Source: Oopsacas minuta
Lineage: Eukaryota; Animalia; Porifera
Assembly (NCBI GenBank): GCA_024704765.1
Contig: JAKMXF010000099.1
Coordinates: 796,419 to 860,418, forward strand
DNA length: 64,000 nt
Direction of reading: 5' to 3'
In this document: positions 35,800 through 49,514 of the stretch, one piece after another
Position numbering within the stretch: position 1 is the stretch's first letter
Layout: each line of letters begins with the position of its first letter
The notes under the pieces: model-generated
Database searches by the model: none
What the model was told of the DNA's origin: nothing
The model's input: the letters and a program-made list of their open reading frames with translations, nothing else
Translations under genes and position numbers: made by a program

Positions 35800-38758
35800 C
35801 CTAATTCGAATTACCCGAGGTATAATCGAAAATGGAATTCACAATACAAGAGCATAAACGTTCACTAGGTAAAGTTGTTAAACTCCAGATGGATACAACT
35901 ATGTTCATTCAAAGATTAATGAAGATTGTATCTATCTTAAATGCGCTACAATCAGGCGTTGGTGCAAAGGAACAAGTAAACTAAATCGTTCGAGAACTTT
36001 ACTCACTCCGATGAATTCACATAATCATAGTGTTGATGATTATAATGCTAGGGTTTACCAGCTTAAGACAAGATGCAAAACTCTTGCTAAACATTCACAA
36101 ACGAATCTTAGGTAAGTATTCGATGATGCAACCAGAAAGAATCTATATGCAGCTAATATCTCATTTGTAGAATGCGAGTCAGTAATGTATCGCGCAAGAA
36201 AGACACTTCAATCCAAAATCCCTTCTGCCGCTGCAGAGTTCTGTGAAATGTTAGCGATTTCCACTTTTAAAGATCATTAACACAGGGAATACAAACAGGC
36301 GTAATATTCCATTCAGATAAAATGATCACATTACTCAATGAGGCAGAGAAAATCCAGTTTGATGGTACATTTCAAACTGTCCTCATTCTGCTTTATCAAG
36401 TATGGACAATATTTGTCGCTGTTGGTAGACATACGATGACTGCAATCCACTGTTTACTTACATGTAAGAGTCAAGAACTATACTCGACTATTTTGAGAGA
36501 TCTAGTGTTACATGAGTCTCAATTTCAAGCAATTGCATCCATGTCTGATTGGAAACCTGCTGTTTAGAATGCTTTTAGAGAATTTTATCCTCAAATGAAA
36601 ATATGTGGGTGCTGGTTCCACCATACGTAAAGAATTTGGGCGAAAACTCAGAAATTGGGACTGAGCCAGAGTTTGAAGAACAACACACATATCGCCAAGT
36701 TTATACGACAACTAATGGCTATTCCTATTTTCCTGCTGCTCTAATCATCCCTACTTTTACTTTGATCGAAATTCCTGCAGTATCAACTGAAGATGTGCCG
36801 ACAATAGAAAGACTTATGAAATATTTCAAGAAGCGTTGGATTCATCAAATATCCCCTGAAGAACTCTCAATACATAATATGACTATCTCTACGAACAACA
36901 GGGCAGAGATTTATCAATCCAAATTAAAGACTGGGATCAGATGCAACCATTTTCGAATATGTACTTTCGAAACAAAGCTCAATGAGATAATTCAAGACAC
37001 TGATAATGACATTTGTTGCCTGTATCAAGGAAGAGAAATTAGCAGGCAGAGATGTAAAACCGATATCAAGAATTAAGAACAAAGGATTGTTTTCAAACAA
37101 AAACTTAGTGATAGACAAATAAACCCACCGAGCTTCTTCAATCGATGAGTCACTATCGCTCCATCAAGTGAATCAGATTTTCTGAAGAGGAAGATGAAGA
37201 TGATGATCGAAACATCAAACACAGAACTTATTTGCGTAGTATGCTTTTCTCAAAGAAGTAATACGTGGGTATTCATCCCTGCAGACATGCTAGCTTTTGT
37301 GGCGATTGCAGCGAGAGGATTGTTAACGTAGGACAGAATTGCCCTATACAGGGTGGTTCAAAAAAATGGAAACCCCCTTTGAAATCCCTATAGCCCTGTT
37401 ATTTTCTGATCAAAGTCAATGAAACTTTCTAATTATACAATTCTAACAATCTACTAAAAGCATTAAAAGCATAATCATTCTAATTTAAGGATAAGTGGTG
37501 ATTTATAAGATGTGCTCCATATGCCCTTCGTTCACCTCGATACATTTTTTGATCCTGATAGTGAAGTTCTGCATGACAGCTTTCAAAACAGGTCCCTCTA
37601 TTGCACTTACCTCGTCTTTGATCTTCTCTTTCAGGTGGTTTAGATCTCTCGGCTTCTCTTCATACACTTTGTTCTCAAGATAACCCCACAGATAGAAATC
37701 CGGGGACTAAGGTCTGGAGAATAGGGTGGTCACTCAATTTGGCACCGTCTGCTTACAATTCTCCTCTTGAAGGGCTACTTCAGCCATTCAATGCTGACAT
37801 TGGCGGTATGGGGTGCTGCACCGTCCTGCTGGAACCACTGTCTGTTCAAAGTCGAGTTGAATCTTCTCTGAAGCTTTATCCAAAACTTGTCAAGAACCTC
37901 AATGTATCGTCCTGAGCTCACGGTTACAGCCACTCCATTCCTCTCGAAAAAGAATGGACCAATAATCCCTCTTGAAGATATCGCAACCCATGCTGTGACC
38001 TTACATGATGGAGTGGTCTTACAGCGACTTCTGCAGGAGGCTAAGTATCCCAATATCCATTATTTTTTGAATTCACTTGACCGCTCAAGTGAAAGTGGGC
38101 CTCGTCAGTAGTCCAGAGATTCTTCAGAAATGTGTCAGACTCCTCAATCTTGTCGAGCAGAACTTTTGTCATCTCCTTTCTCCTATACTTATCAGCTTCA
38201 GAAAGCTTCTGGTGTATTTGTATCCGGTTTGGGAACATGCCCAGATCTTCGGTCATCACTCTCATCATTGTAGACCTTGATATAGCAAGGTTTGTGACCT
38301 TTTTCAGGTCGATTGTTTTGGTGACTGTTCAACTGACTCACGACCATAGCAATAACATGGGACGTGCGGAGGTCTTTCTTCCAGAATGAGTTTCTCTGTC
38401 TTACACTTCTTATTAAGGTTCTTGACAGTGCCTGTATATTGAAACTTCTCCACCATATTGAATAGGGCGGACTTGGTTGGGGCTAGTTCCGTCCCGAATC
38501 GATGTAAAAAGTTCTGTTGCGTTTTCACAAACGACTTAGTCTCTAAAAATTTCTGAACACACCATACTCGCTCTTGAGTTGTCCACTGCCTTGTTTTTGG
38601 TAAATCAGAGGTGTTAGCTAACATACTATCTTAAAATGGTATTGGGTTATAACTGAAGATGACTAAGAAGGTCAAAAGCAAAAATGGGTTTCTATTTTTT
38701 GAACTACCCTGTATGTCGCAGCAATATAGATGCCAGAAGGGAAATATTTCCTAATTGA
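35800..38758 (+). mobile_element. MULE transposase pseudogene (FLYWCH-like, MULE, RING), interrupted by a DD41D element
   Basis: CKG...HNH zinc-finger remnant, QFDGTFQTV, SMSDW, ICGCWFH and STNNRAEIY. The RING begins at 37233 and is completed after 38713. Confidence 0.8.
37349..38711 (-). mobile_element. Tc1/mariner DD41D (rosa-type) transposon, decayed
   Basis: TIR cagggtggttcaaaaaaatggaaaccc / gggtttctattttttgaactaccctg with TA TSD. Motifs WTTDEAHFHLSG and WFQQDGAAPHTA...PPYSPDLSP.DFYLWG. Confidence 0.92.
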
Positions 38759-40952
38759 TATTCATTCATTCATTATGCTAAAAGTAAAAACCTCTAATAT
38801 ATGCAATTTATCATCATATATTTCAAACTTCAAAGTAATATAAAGAAAGGCCTAATTTCTTAAAAGTGATAATTCCGACAAATGCAGCTTGCCACGTGGA
38901 GTATGAGTCAATCAAACAGGTCTTGGGGAAACTGAAATATCATGTCCATCAATGAGTGATTAGTGTTGACTTAAAGATGGCTAATTTCATCCTTTGGCAG
39001 CTAGTGGCTACACAAAATATGCATGTTTCCTATATCTTTGGGATAGTCGAGACAGAAATAACCACCGGACGAGAAAGAGAAGCTCTTGAGAAAGGATATG
39101 GTAGTTGGAGAAATGATCTTAAGGATTCTAATAAATCTGACGTAATCACAATTTATTCGTAGGTTCGGAGGGCTTAAGAAAGTTATAAAAACGCATAACT
39201 ATAGGCTATTACTAACCATATATTTATGCTTTGTTGTCTATTTTAAACGAAATCTCGAATTTAAGAATATCACAGGTAGCTTTCAATAGTCATCAAAGAA
39301 CAAATCATAATCAGCATATATTCAAAATCAAGTGACTATAACATTAAAAGAAATATTTTTGAAGACTTTTCCTGTCAACAGTATTGGCATACATAAAGAA
39401 TCCTTTGGTACCCTATACTAATGAATGAGCAAATAGAAAATCATAGGCGTAGGAGTAGGTCCGGTTGTGGCAGACCGTTTTTGGGCATATGTAATTTGCT
39501 GGTCCTGTTAAAAGCTGTACCATAACTTTTCTTGTTTGATGAATTATTACTTCGCACTATTGTATCCAAAGTAGGTAAATAGTTTTTAACATTGTTAATG
39601 AACACTGAATGACTGGTTTTGGTACGTTTTCAAAACAGGACATGTAATCTAGTGTTTCTACTATGAAAATACTTTATGTTTTTATTAATTACTTCCCAAT
39701 GTTAACTACACATTTATTGGACCATATAACCAAGATTTGTTTCTATTTCTATCCGGACCACTTTTTGAAGCAGTGCTACGCCACTGTAATCACACTCGTT
39801 TTAGTTTACATTGCAAATTTTCATATTAAGAGAGGTATAAGACACAACATCCGAACCTACCAAAATATCAAGAATTTTGTTAAATTATAGACTCATACTT
39901 CGTTTCCTTCTTTATCAGTCCTTGTTAAGTAGCTTCTTGCTTTTGCTTCGGGTATTATCTGTAATTGAATAATTGGATACCATTTTTAGATATTGCATGG
40001 CCTTATCCGGAAAGGTCAAAATATATTCCACAGTTGTTAATTCTTAAACTTAGCTACGAAGTTTTAGTTCAGTTTCATTTTCTATATTTTTATTCATAGC
40101 CCAAATAATGAAGAATTACATTTCCTAAGGTTATGGGTGTACATAATTGTTTTCTTTATTAATGCCTCTATTCCATGTTATGGAGCAAATGTTCGGGGAC
40201 CAGTGACCTAAGTAACATACTAAATGGGGCAGGATGGCCGCCTACTAAAATATAATACTATATATCTCACCAAGAAGGTTAACAGAAAATGTTTTGTTAT
40301 CAGATATATCCAGAAATATTTGTTTCAGAGCAGAGGTATGTATTTCTATTATGAAATATGATTTCTCATCATGTGCTTCCGCAAGAGCCTTTGTAGAAAG
40401 AAAAATGCTGCTTCTCAAACTATGTTCACACCATATTCTCATTTAGTGCTTGAACGTTGTATATAATGACAAAGGCGAGTATAATGTAAAACACTAGTTG
40501 ATAGGAATGGAATGTGAATACATTCCTGCGTTGCTAAGGGAATAGGTTTTCATTTCTTTAACTAACTAAAAAACTATGAGTGCTATGGCTCTAAATGTAT
40601 ACCAGTAGTTCAATAATAATCAATACCTATTCACTAATAACATAGTTTCTCTGCTTTTTGTCCATACGCTCTGAGATACTTTGACATTTGCTAAATAGAT
40701 AGCAGTCATATACTAAACGAGAAATGTCAAAATAACTCAAGTATCAACTGAAATCTAAAGAAATATTACAAGGGTTGTTCAATAAGTAATGATACTAATG
40801 TATCGAATTCATATTCTAGTTAATACAGCTCTAAGGCTAATATCAGATTACAAGCCTAACTTGATTGTCTAACTGCGATACAATATACTCTTTACTCTTC
40901 TAGCATATCATTCAGTATAAAGTTACATCTGTATAGACTACTTTTTTCAACA

Positions 40953-41812
40953 ATGCATTTTAGCAAGAAGGAAAACGACAAACAATTTGGTTCTTGTGGA
41001 AAAAGGAGAAGACTAGCTCATAAATTCTTCGTGAAATGCAGGATATTTTCGGTGATAAATGTCCTTCNTATTGCAGATGGAAAGGGGTGGAGGTGCCCGG
41101 AAAAGTCATGCAAGAAATTCGCTTCGATGAGGATTGGCTCATTCTTTGAAGGTGCTCATATACCGTTAACTGAGTTGGTAGAATTTCTCTATTTCTGGGC
41201 CGATAATCTGCAAACTCTGCCTTTTTACACAAGAATCTGGGGTGGGGAGAGCATACTATAACAGACTGGAAGAACTTCCTCAGAGACCTATGTGTTGAAG
41301 AATTTTTAGTCAATCCTCAACCAATTGGAGGGCCTGGGCATATTGTAGAAATAGATGAATCAAAGTTTGGACATCGAAAGTATTCAAGAGGTCGTATGCT
41401 ATCAGGTCAATGGGTATTTGGAGGAATAGATAGAGAGACAAAAGATATCTTTATGATACCTGTTCAAGACAGGTCGGCTGCAACATTAGTCCCTCTCATC
41501 CAGAGATATATTCTTCCGGGCACTACCATACTTTCTGACGAATGGGCATCGTATAATTCTATCCCCGCTGCAAGTTTTCAGCATCTCACCGTCAACCATA
41601 GTCTCAATTTTGTTGACCCTACTACAGGTGTACATACGCAAACAGTTGAGAGTACATGGGGTGGTGCGAAGAAACGGCTGAGGAATTGCATGACTACTAA
41701 CCCCATACTATTAGATACCCACTTATCTGAAGTTTGTTGGCAGAAGAAATATGGAGAAGCTAGTTTCTCCAACCTTATCATGGAAATAAGGAAACAATAT
41801 CCAGTTGTCTAA
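40953..41812 (+). mobile_element. Merlin (ISXO2/IS1595-like DDE) transposase pseudogene
   Basis: WRCP..SC zinc ribbon, IVEIDESKFG..KY.RGR, WVFGGIDRETK, SDEWASY, VNHS.NFVDP.TGVHTQTVESTW; frameshifted. Confidence 0.88.
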
Positions 41813-42895
41813 CTGTACCATACTTCTGCTTTGGTGTTTCTTTTGTAGCAGTACTTGTTATATTGTAGATTTGTAGTTAAAGTAGTGTATAGAAAGCTTA
41901 ATACTAATTAGTTACTCCAAATATAACTACTACCCATAGTATTATATCCAGCTATGGGGTGTCATATATTTAATATTCTGCCCACTATCATAAGTAGAAA
42001 CCCATGAAAACTTTGTTTCAACATTACTAACGCACCTGGAGAGAAGCTGGATCATAACTATGCCATTAAATAGTACATGAATTGTTTCTAACATTGATAC
42101 GAACACAAACGAACGATCAAAATTGGTTTGCCTTGGCCGGAGTAATACAAGTTAAACTACCATTTTAGGAAACAGAATATATGCAAATATATGTGTCATA
42201 TCGGGAATTCCATTAACTAGGTCGAATTATCGAGGTGCCACAGTATAAAATATGAAATGAAATGTTGCATTGTATATTCAGTGTTGCAGACAGAATAATG
42301 TAATAACCTGCTTTCCTTTAAAGTAACAAGAATTACCGGCAGTGAAATACACTGAATAGCAAACAAATGAACATGAAAGAGTAGAGTAACAAGCGTGTAT
42401 AACCGCAATATCAACAGTATGCGCATTCCTATAGTAATTGTAATGTATAAATCAATACAATTTGACTATAGTGAGTAATACAATTTTCCCCATAGGATTT
42501 GGCTTAGGGAGTAAATAAAAGCATTGAAACAGTTAAAATTAGGCTAAAACCTAAAGAAATCGAGATAGTTGAACTTCTCTCAACGAGTTCTTGAACGGTG
42601 CATATAGGGATTTTTGACCACATTAAAAAAGTTGGGGGGTGTAAGATTCTGCAATTGTACCTACTGTATTAGTTATCAGGCCATCCTCACGCTCTTCCAC
42701 CGCCAGAATATTTCACGTACTAGCTCTAAGATCCCAGGAAAGTAGGGATAGCACAGAATACAAGAAGCATATAGTTATACATTCGGGGTGATGTATTTAG
42801 GAGGCAACCATAACGTCACGTCCTGTATTAGGCATCTGCATTTCTATGTATTTACAGATTTATACGAATCTATGATTTCTCACTTTGTTAGATAA

Positions 42896-43300
42896 ATGAA
42901 AAAGAAGCTGATCATCCCAGCCCTGAAGCCAGCCCCTATGGCTCCAAAGAATAATGTCAATAAGATCAAGAGGCGGTATACTTTTTCCTCCTCTCCTATT
43001 CGTACCCGACTTTCTCATAGTCCCCCTGAGGTTTTCCAACCCCATCAAGCCCCATCACCTATCCCACAACCTTCCCTAAAGCTTCCTTCAGATAAAACTT
43101 TCAAAAGGTATAAGCCACCAATGGCAAAGATCTTTCATCCCAAGAAAAATCAGAAGACCAGAGAGACTATTGATAGTCAAATATACGATGGACCAGTACC
43201 TCTTCCTAAAAGAATTAAAATTCAACCCATATTCAAAAATAAGAAAAAGAAGGAGTACAAATCTTTGAGAGTAGAAGATGGTACTATGGAAGATGTTAAG
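42896..43300 (+). CDS. exon 1 of a probable CENP-C/Mif2-like gene (basic, Pro/Ser-rich; KRIKIQP motif)
   Basis: ATG preceded by the acceptor ctttgttag. Exactly 135 codons to a canonical donor AAG|gtaagc (phase 0). Confidence 0.55.
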
Positions 43301-43548
43301 GTAAGCTTGACAGAAACTTGGTCGTAGCCTCGTTGGGAAATTTGAGAAGAAAAGCTAATATAATGTTATTTATACGATGTCTTGCTACAGGTAACCTGTT
43401 AATATATTCCTGCTCATAAGCAATGGTGACCAAAGGGTCTCAAACCTGGGTATTTTGTGAACATACATTGATAGAACAAGCAAAAAATTTGTAATAGCTA
43501 GGTGATTACAAAATACAACGGGCAAGTGTACAATACCCACCCTACCAA

Positions 43549-44688
43549 CAGGCGCGTCGGAATGGGGGGATGGGGGGTACTCATCCCGCCCATGATTTAG
43601 ACAGGGGGATAATCCCCCTCTAATTGTGAGTGAGTATTAAGTTATTTTCGAATTTATTAGAACATTCTGCCACTTTAGGAGGGATATAATTTACAATAGT
43701 TTACAGCCCAGATCGGCATTCTCGATACTTGTTTGAAAATAATAATAAACCAACTGCGATGGGGGGGTTATTTCCCCCTTCATAGTTTGTTTATACAGGG
43801 TGTTTCTCCTATTCATTCACAAAAAGAATTGCTCGAATTAAACTCGTAACCAAGTTAGATTGATAAACTTGGTCTCATGTGGTAGATATTTCTTTGACAT
43901 TTATGAAAACAAAGACATAAACGGATACAACTATACGAAATTGTTTGAGAATTAGTATGTTTAAAGTTAGAACCTTTATAATAACGTGTTTAAGCGGATA
44001 AAATAATATGGTATCTTTATTATTTTGCGATTAAGTTGCGTTATTTGTGAGATAAAGTTTTCATCTTCAGTTTTAGTTCTAGAATTGCAATTGGGGGATT
44101 GTTTTATAGACTTTGATGCAACCTTCCGAGGATGACATTACAATGACCTCCACCACTCACTTGAGACACCTACAATTTGACCTATTTCAATGATAGAACT
44201 CCACCATCTGTATTTTCCTTTGGGCATCACTCAACAATTCTATCTTTGCGTTATACAAATGTCATAAGCTCCTGAATAATATCCAAAATATTGAACCAGA
44301 TGGTTCTAAAGTTTTGAGTGATAACATGAAATTTTTGTGATAGAATTGGTGAAACACCCTGTAGTTATTTTCATATTTTCTAGTTGTATATTTGACACCT
44401 CACATATATAGTAATAATTACTACTAACAACAAAGCTTGTAAAAAGTAATTTTCCATTTGTTTCATGGCTGCTGATTACCAGCTACACTAGTAGTACTTA
44501 AGCAATAAACATACTACTGTGTATATTTTCAAAATTTAAAATGTCCATAAATACTGAACACCGTGAAAGGAAGTCTGGGAGATTGCCAAAGCTCTAATTT
44601 GTACTATATAGATTACTAAATTGAGTGTTCTTATTCATGCATTCATATCATTAAATCCCCCTTGAAATACCAGTTTCCGACGCCCTTG
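43549..44688. mobile_element. hAT MITE with perfect 8-bp TSD
   Basis: TIR caggcgcgtcggaa / ttccgacgcccttg, flanked on both sides by cctaccaa. Confidence 0.92.
43796..44361 (+). mobile_element. internally deleted Tc1/mariner derivative nested in the hAT MITE
   Basis: TIR cagggtgtttc / gaaacaccctg with TA TSD. Confidence 0.8.
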
Positions 44689-45110
44689 CCTACCAATGAG
44701 AGACTGAGCCAGGATATCCTGGTATTTTATAAGAAATAATGAATTTCACCAATCAAATCGCTATAATGGGACGCCCATCAGTCCGAAATTATGTAGCGTT
44801 TTTCGAATCGAGTTTAAACAGCTAGTCATTAGTTCGAATTTCTTTTCCGAACATGTAAGAATATTCTACAGAATTTCTGCAGCCCTGGTTGTCATCCCAG
44901 CGTTTTTACACTTCCTATTAACGTTTTCTGTAGAGTTGTACCGGGTATCCAGTTCTAATCCAATATCCAGCTATATATTTCGTGAGGTTAGTGAAAAATC
45001 TCACGGTTCGATTGTGAAATGTAAGATTTTGTGTTAGTTTTCTATGAAATACCAAGGATATGTATTTAATGTAGACACTAAATCAGTGTTTCTCTACCTT
45101 ATTCGAACTT

Positions 45111-47828
45111 GAGGCCTTATGTGTAATAGGCTATATAACAACCTAATTTGTCCTACAGCTCATTAGAGGAAATATTTATGGCCCGAATCAAACTTTCATA
45201 CAGTGGAGTCGCTTATGACTTTAATCATGCATTTTTAGATAGAATTTTCACACTTTCTGAGGTTGTTCTTCACGATATTTAATTCATTTTTGGAAATACG
45301 TGGTAGTAGGTTCACTAAATTCCTCAATATTATTTAAGGCCCACTTGTCAGGCGTGAATTCAACTATTGTAAACCCGCGGGGTTAAAGGTTACTAGAATT
45401 TACCTTTAAAAACAAGTTTGTTCTATGTCAGTGTAATTTTGGTGGCATACTCAATAACGTTCCGAGTCACATCAGTTGAGGGTAATCTGACACCGTCCCC
45501 AAAAAATGAATTCTCACTGAGGGCATTGTATCAGGGATATTTGTCATAAAGAAGGAATTTTTGGACTTTTCTTACTTTATTTAAGAATTTACAATTGGAT
45601 TGGTGTCAAGATTTGCCATGGGTGTTGCTCGAATATCTGACCAGCTCTGGTTGTTGGTTAGGATCTTTGGAAGCAATATTTGGTTGATTGTAGGACAAAT
45701 TAATTATTGCTTATAATTGTTGTATTTGGAATTTTTCTCACTATTTTGTACTGGTACATGCGCCAATACGAAAACCGCAGGCATTCGATACAGCCATACT
45801 TGTACATTTTAATTCTCAGAACACAATAAGATAATATGTTCACCCCTTTTTTGAATCTATTATAGTAGTTACTAGCAAGACTAAACGAAAGCCAAAACGT
45901 GTTTGTCTGCCCATGCAGAATCCATTTAATTACTAGTTATTGACAACGCAAAACAAATATATTTGTATGTAATAATTTAATACCTAAAATATCCAGTGAA
46001 CTTTCCAAGCGATGAAATTCCCGGAGACGAAATGCCCGGCGACTACTGATGATTTTTACCCAAAAACGGGCTAATTGGGCTTTTTTGTTGAATTTGGCTG
46101 AAAATTTGCCAAAAATTCATTTCATTGTGTTAGAATTTTATTTTTCCTGTTGATATTTGTCACTTAAACTGGGCTAATTGATTGGATGAATTTTCAAAAA
46201 CTGGGAAAAGTTTCCCAGTTTTTGACATTAGAATACTGTCAATATTCAATTTGAATTAATTCCATCATTTTGTGGCACCTAATTAGGATTTTTAAGTCGA
46301 AAATCGAAAAATTGCTATTATTTTTAGGGCAGCTCCTATAAAAAGATGGCCTAAAGGCTTGGACGATGTGCGACGTCCGTACGCACGGTCGTGCGAAATC
46401 TAGCAGTCCAATTAATTTGAAAATTGCCATACATGTACATTTTTGGTCGGATTAGCACCTCGGGTATGAATTTTTTCTAAAGTTGAATGTTTTCACCTTT
46501 TTTGGTGATTAATCATATTTTCACACCTTTCTATGTAAAATACAAAAGCAAGCTGGATATTAGGTTTCAACATGTTGTCAGGGGTAATTGGGTGCGTAGA
46601 GTCCAATTTTGAGAATTTCAGAGTCTGAATGTTACAAATTCACAGATTTATCATATCAATAATCATATTTTTACACCTTGTTGTACACAGTAAGCAATGA
46701 TGGTATAATCATGTATTTGTACATAGAATTTTCATACTTTCTGAGGTTGTTCCTCAATACAAATGAATCACTTTTGGATATAGTGCCAATTACAATTGAC
46801 CACTTAAGCAACATATTTTGAGGTGTTGACTTAAAGCTAACGGCCACAATTTTGATTTAATCCAATTTTTACGGATATTCATGATCAGTGTAAAATTTCC
46901 CGTCGTTCAAGTGATCACTACAACACTTTTCTCCATAGCAACGGAAAAATTCCTCAGGAATGTGATAAGATTCCATCTCAAAATTTATCCTAACCCTATC
47001 GAGTGACCCCTTATTCGATACCGCACTACTAGCTGAGTCTAATTATATGCGTATTAACTCTATAACTTGTCATTTGACGCAACGTTGCTAAATTGTCATG
47101 TTTTCAATGTACTTACTATGTATTTGTATGTGTCATACTGATATTTGATACCTTTTTCTTTACATATTGTTTTGATTTAAATAATATGAATAATCATTAG
47201 AGTATTAGAATATACTGAATTTCAGGTCTCAACATTGAATTATCCCCTCTAGGTTGGATTTGCGGCCCCCTAAAATAGTCCTAAACCATCTCACATTATA
47301 ATGACTTCTGTATTGCGGCCAGTGGTCACCATTATTAGGCTCTTGCTGACACTAAACCTGTCTACTAGGGTCACAACATCTATATACGGCAACTTCATTT
47401 TCTAACGTCCATACATAAAGTTTACCTTTGACAAGTTCCTTGGGTGATGGCCATTATTAACTACTGCCCTGTATTATCTTACATAACAGTCACTTGTCTC
47501 AATGGTAAACTTTTCTAGACAACTGACGCTGGCATGAACCTCAGATTACTACCACGTATTTCCAAAAATGAATTATTGTTATTGAAGAACAACCTCAGAA
47601 AGTGTGTAAAATATACTAAAATGCCTGATTAAAGTCATAAGCGACTCCACTATCATGAAAGTTTTTTTCGGGCCATAAATCTATATTATTAAATCTCAAT
47701 TGTTGTTTGTCTGTTTGTTTGTCCGTTGAATCCCCGAGGCGCAATGCGCCGAGTTCATCGCGAAGCAACGAGCCTTTGCTCGTATTTCCTCTAATGAGCT
47801 GTACGACAAATTAGGTGAATAAGGCCTC
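45111..47828. mobile_element. non-autonomous element with ~200-bp terminal inverted repeats
   Basis: 45111-45310 is the reverse complement of 47545-47828 once the 103-bp insert at 47680-47782 is removed. Confidence 0.72.
47680..47782 (+). mobile_element. mini-Helitron-like insertion
   Basis: Inserted between A and T with no TSD (empty site visible in the partner TIR at 45160-45185). 5' TCTATATTATTAAA followed by (tgtt)n, and a 3' hairpin cgagc-cttt-gctcg ending CTCG. Confidence 0.68.
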
Positions 47829-49514
47829 ACAAATGATATGGATTTTGGACCAGGGATGCACGACCCGACCAAAGTGAAAATTACCGAATATGGCGCCTAC
47901 TAGTTATAATCATCATAATTCGGTATAATAAAGTATTCTAGGGTATATATTCTTTACTCTACAGACATTTGTCTTATTTCATACATTTCCCCATTGAAAT
48001 ACGTGAAAGTACCAATCCAGGCATCCTGGGTGAAGGATTCACATCATATTCCTCCAGCTGACGGATTATCCATTCTACTCCTCGCCTAAATAACATGTAT
48101 CATAAAACTAAAAAATACTATACGTACATCGCGTTCTAAGTATAACTACAGGGGACTTCGTTAATAAATAAATAAAACGAGGGTAATACTATTTACCCGA
48201 TTAAAAGTACAAATAATCAAACTAAATCAAGTCTCTATAACTGTTATCTAATTGGTATTACAGTTAATACGAACTCTTGTTAAAGAAAATAATATTTTTG
48301 CTTTGGCCAGAGTTCGTATTGTGGAGATCGCCATAGTTTTCATAAAACATTTGAGCACTCGGAAATCTCCGTCAGCCCAGACCAGGAGTTTACTCGGAGT
48401 GCAGGACCTACCTTGAAACTACCATCTATGGATATTACAAGATATTTTGATATACTAGTAGTACTTCCGTAATACTCAAGCGATAAATATATTTTCACCT
48501 TCAAGCAGGATTACCTCTCCATGACTCAAATAATCTATTCATTGTTAGTTCAGGGCTGGAGTTTCCCGGTTCACTGCCCTGACTTATGGCGTCCGCGTGA
48601 CTCAATATGTGAATAACCTCGTAGAATTCAACTGCAATAGTGCTTATATTCAATTACAATCATACGGATTGAAATTCCCAAGGCAACCCTTATGATAGCC
48701 GTGGGAACGGAATCTCAATTCCCATTCTGATTCCATTCTCACCGCAACCCTGCTACAGCTCCATCAGCCCCCGGCTTAATCTGGCCCTGGCTCATAGGCA
48801 TAAAGTTTGTCATTGTGGGGAGGGCCCCACACTTTTCGCTCCGTACTGTAGATGTAAAGCTGGAAATCTACCAAAACTGAAGTTTGTTTTCATGCTTTTT
48901 CTACTGAGCATCAAGAACTGATGGCCAATCATAAATTTCATCATCCTGAGTCATGCATTGACATGTTATGCCATCCCTATATATACATTAATCAGGGGCA
49001 GGAAACCCAGTACTGCTGGTTTCAGAGTTGTCCGACGTCGCTGTACCACCTTTAAGTATTGTAAGCTCTGCTATAGCTATACCACATCTATCTGTTCGAA
49101 AATATACAAATCGTTAATAATTTTGTTACGGCATTTATAATGCCGTAACATTGCAATTAGTGCTGAGTCGCATTATCATATACAAAAACTGGTGAGGTCA
49201 CCACAAGTGTCAAGTCAGCGTGAAATATGAGCATAACTCAACACTTTAAAAACTCTGTCAATTCTCAATCAATTCACCCGAAATTTTGTCAGTACCTCTT
49301 CTAGAGTGGTGCTTTCCTACATTCAATAATTATTCCCTATCAGACCTACTCTTGCCACAATGACAAATTTGTAATACTAAATCCTCATATAGTCAGGGCT
49401 GTTCGCTGAAACCGTGACAAGTCGGGTGAAAGCACCAAATTAGGTACAATGTTACAGTAGAGTGATGCTTGAACCTTTAGAAAGGGAACCAGATCAGGGG
49501 TGTGATGCACAATC

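Noticed and set aside
41068-41068. Ambiguous base N in the Merlin copy
   Set aside because: An assembly ambiguity, not biology. It does show that base-level errors exist in this contig, which is relevant to the formin frameshift.
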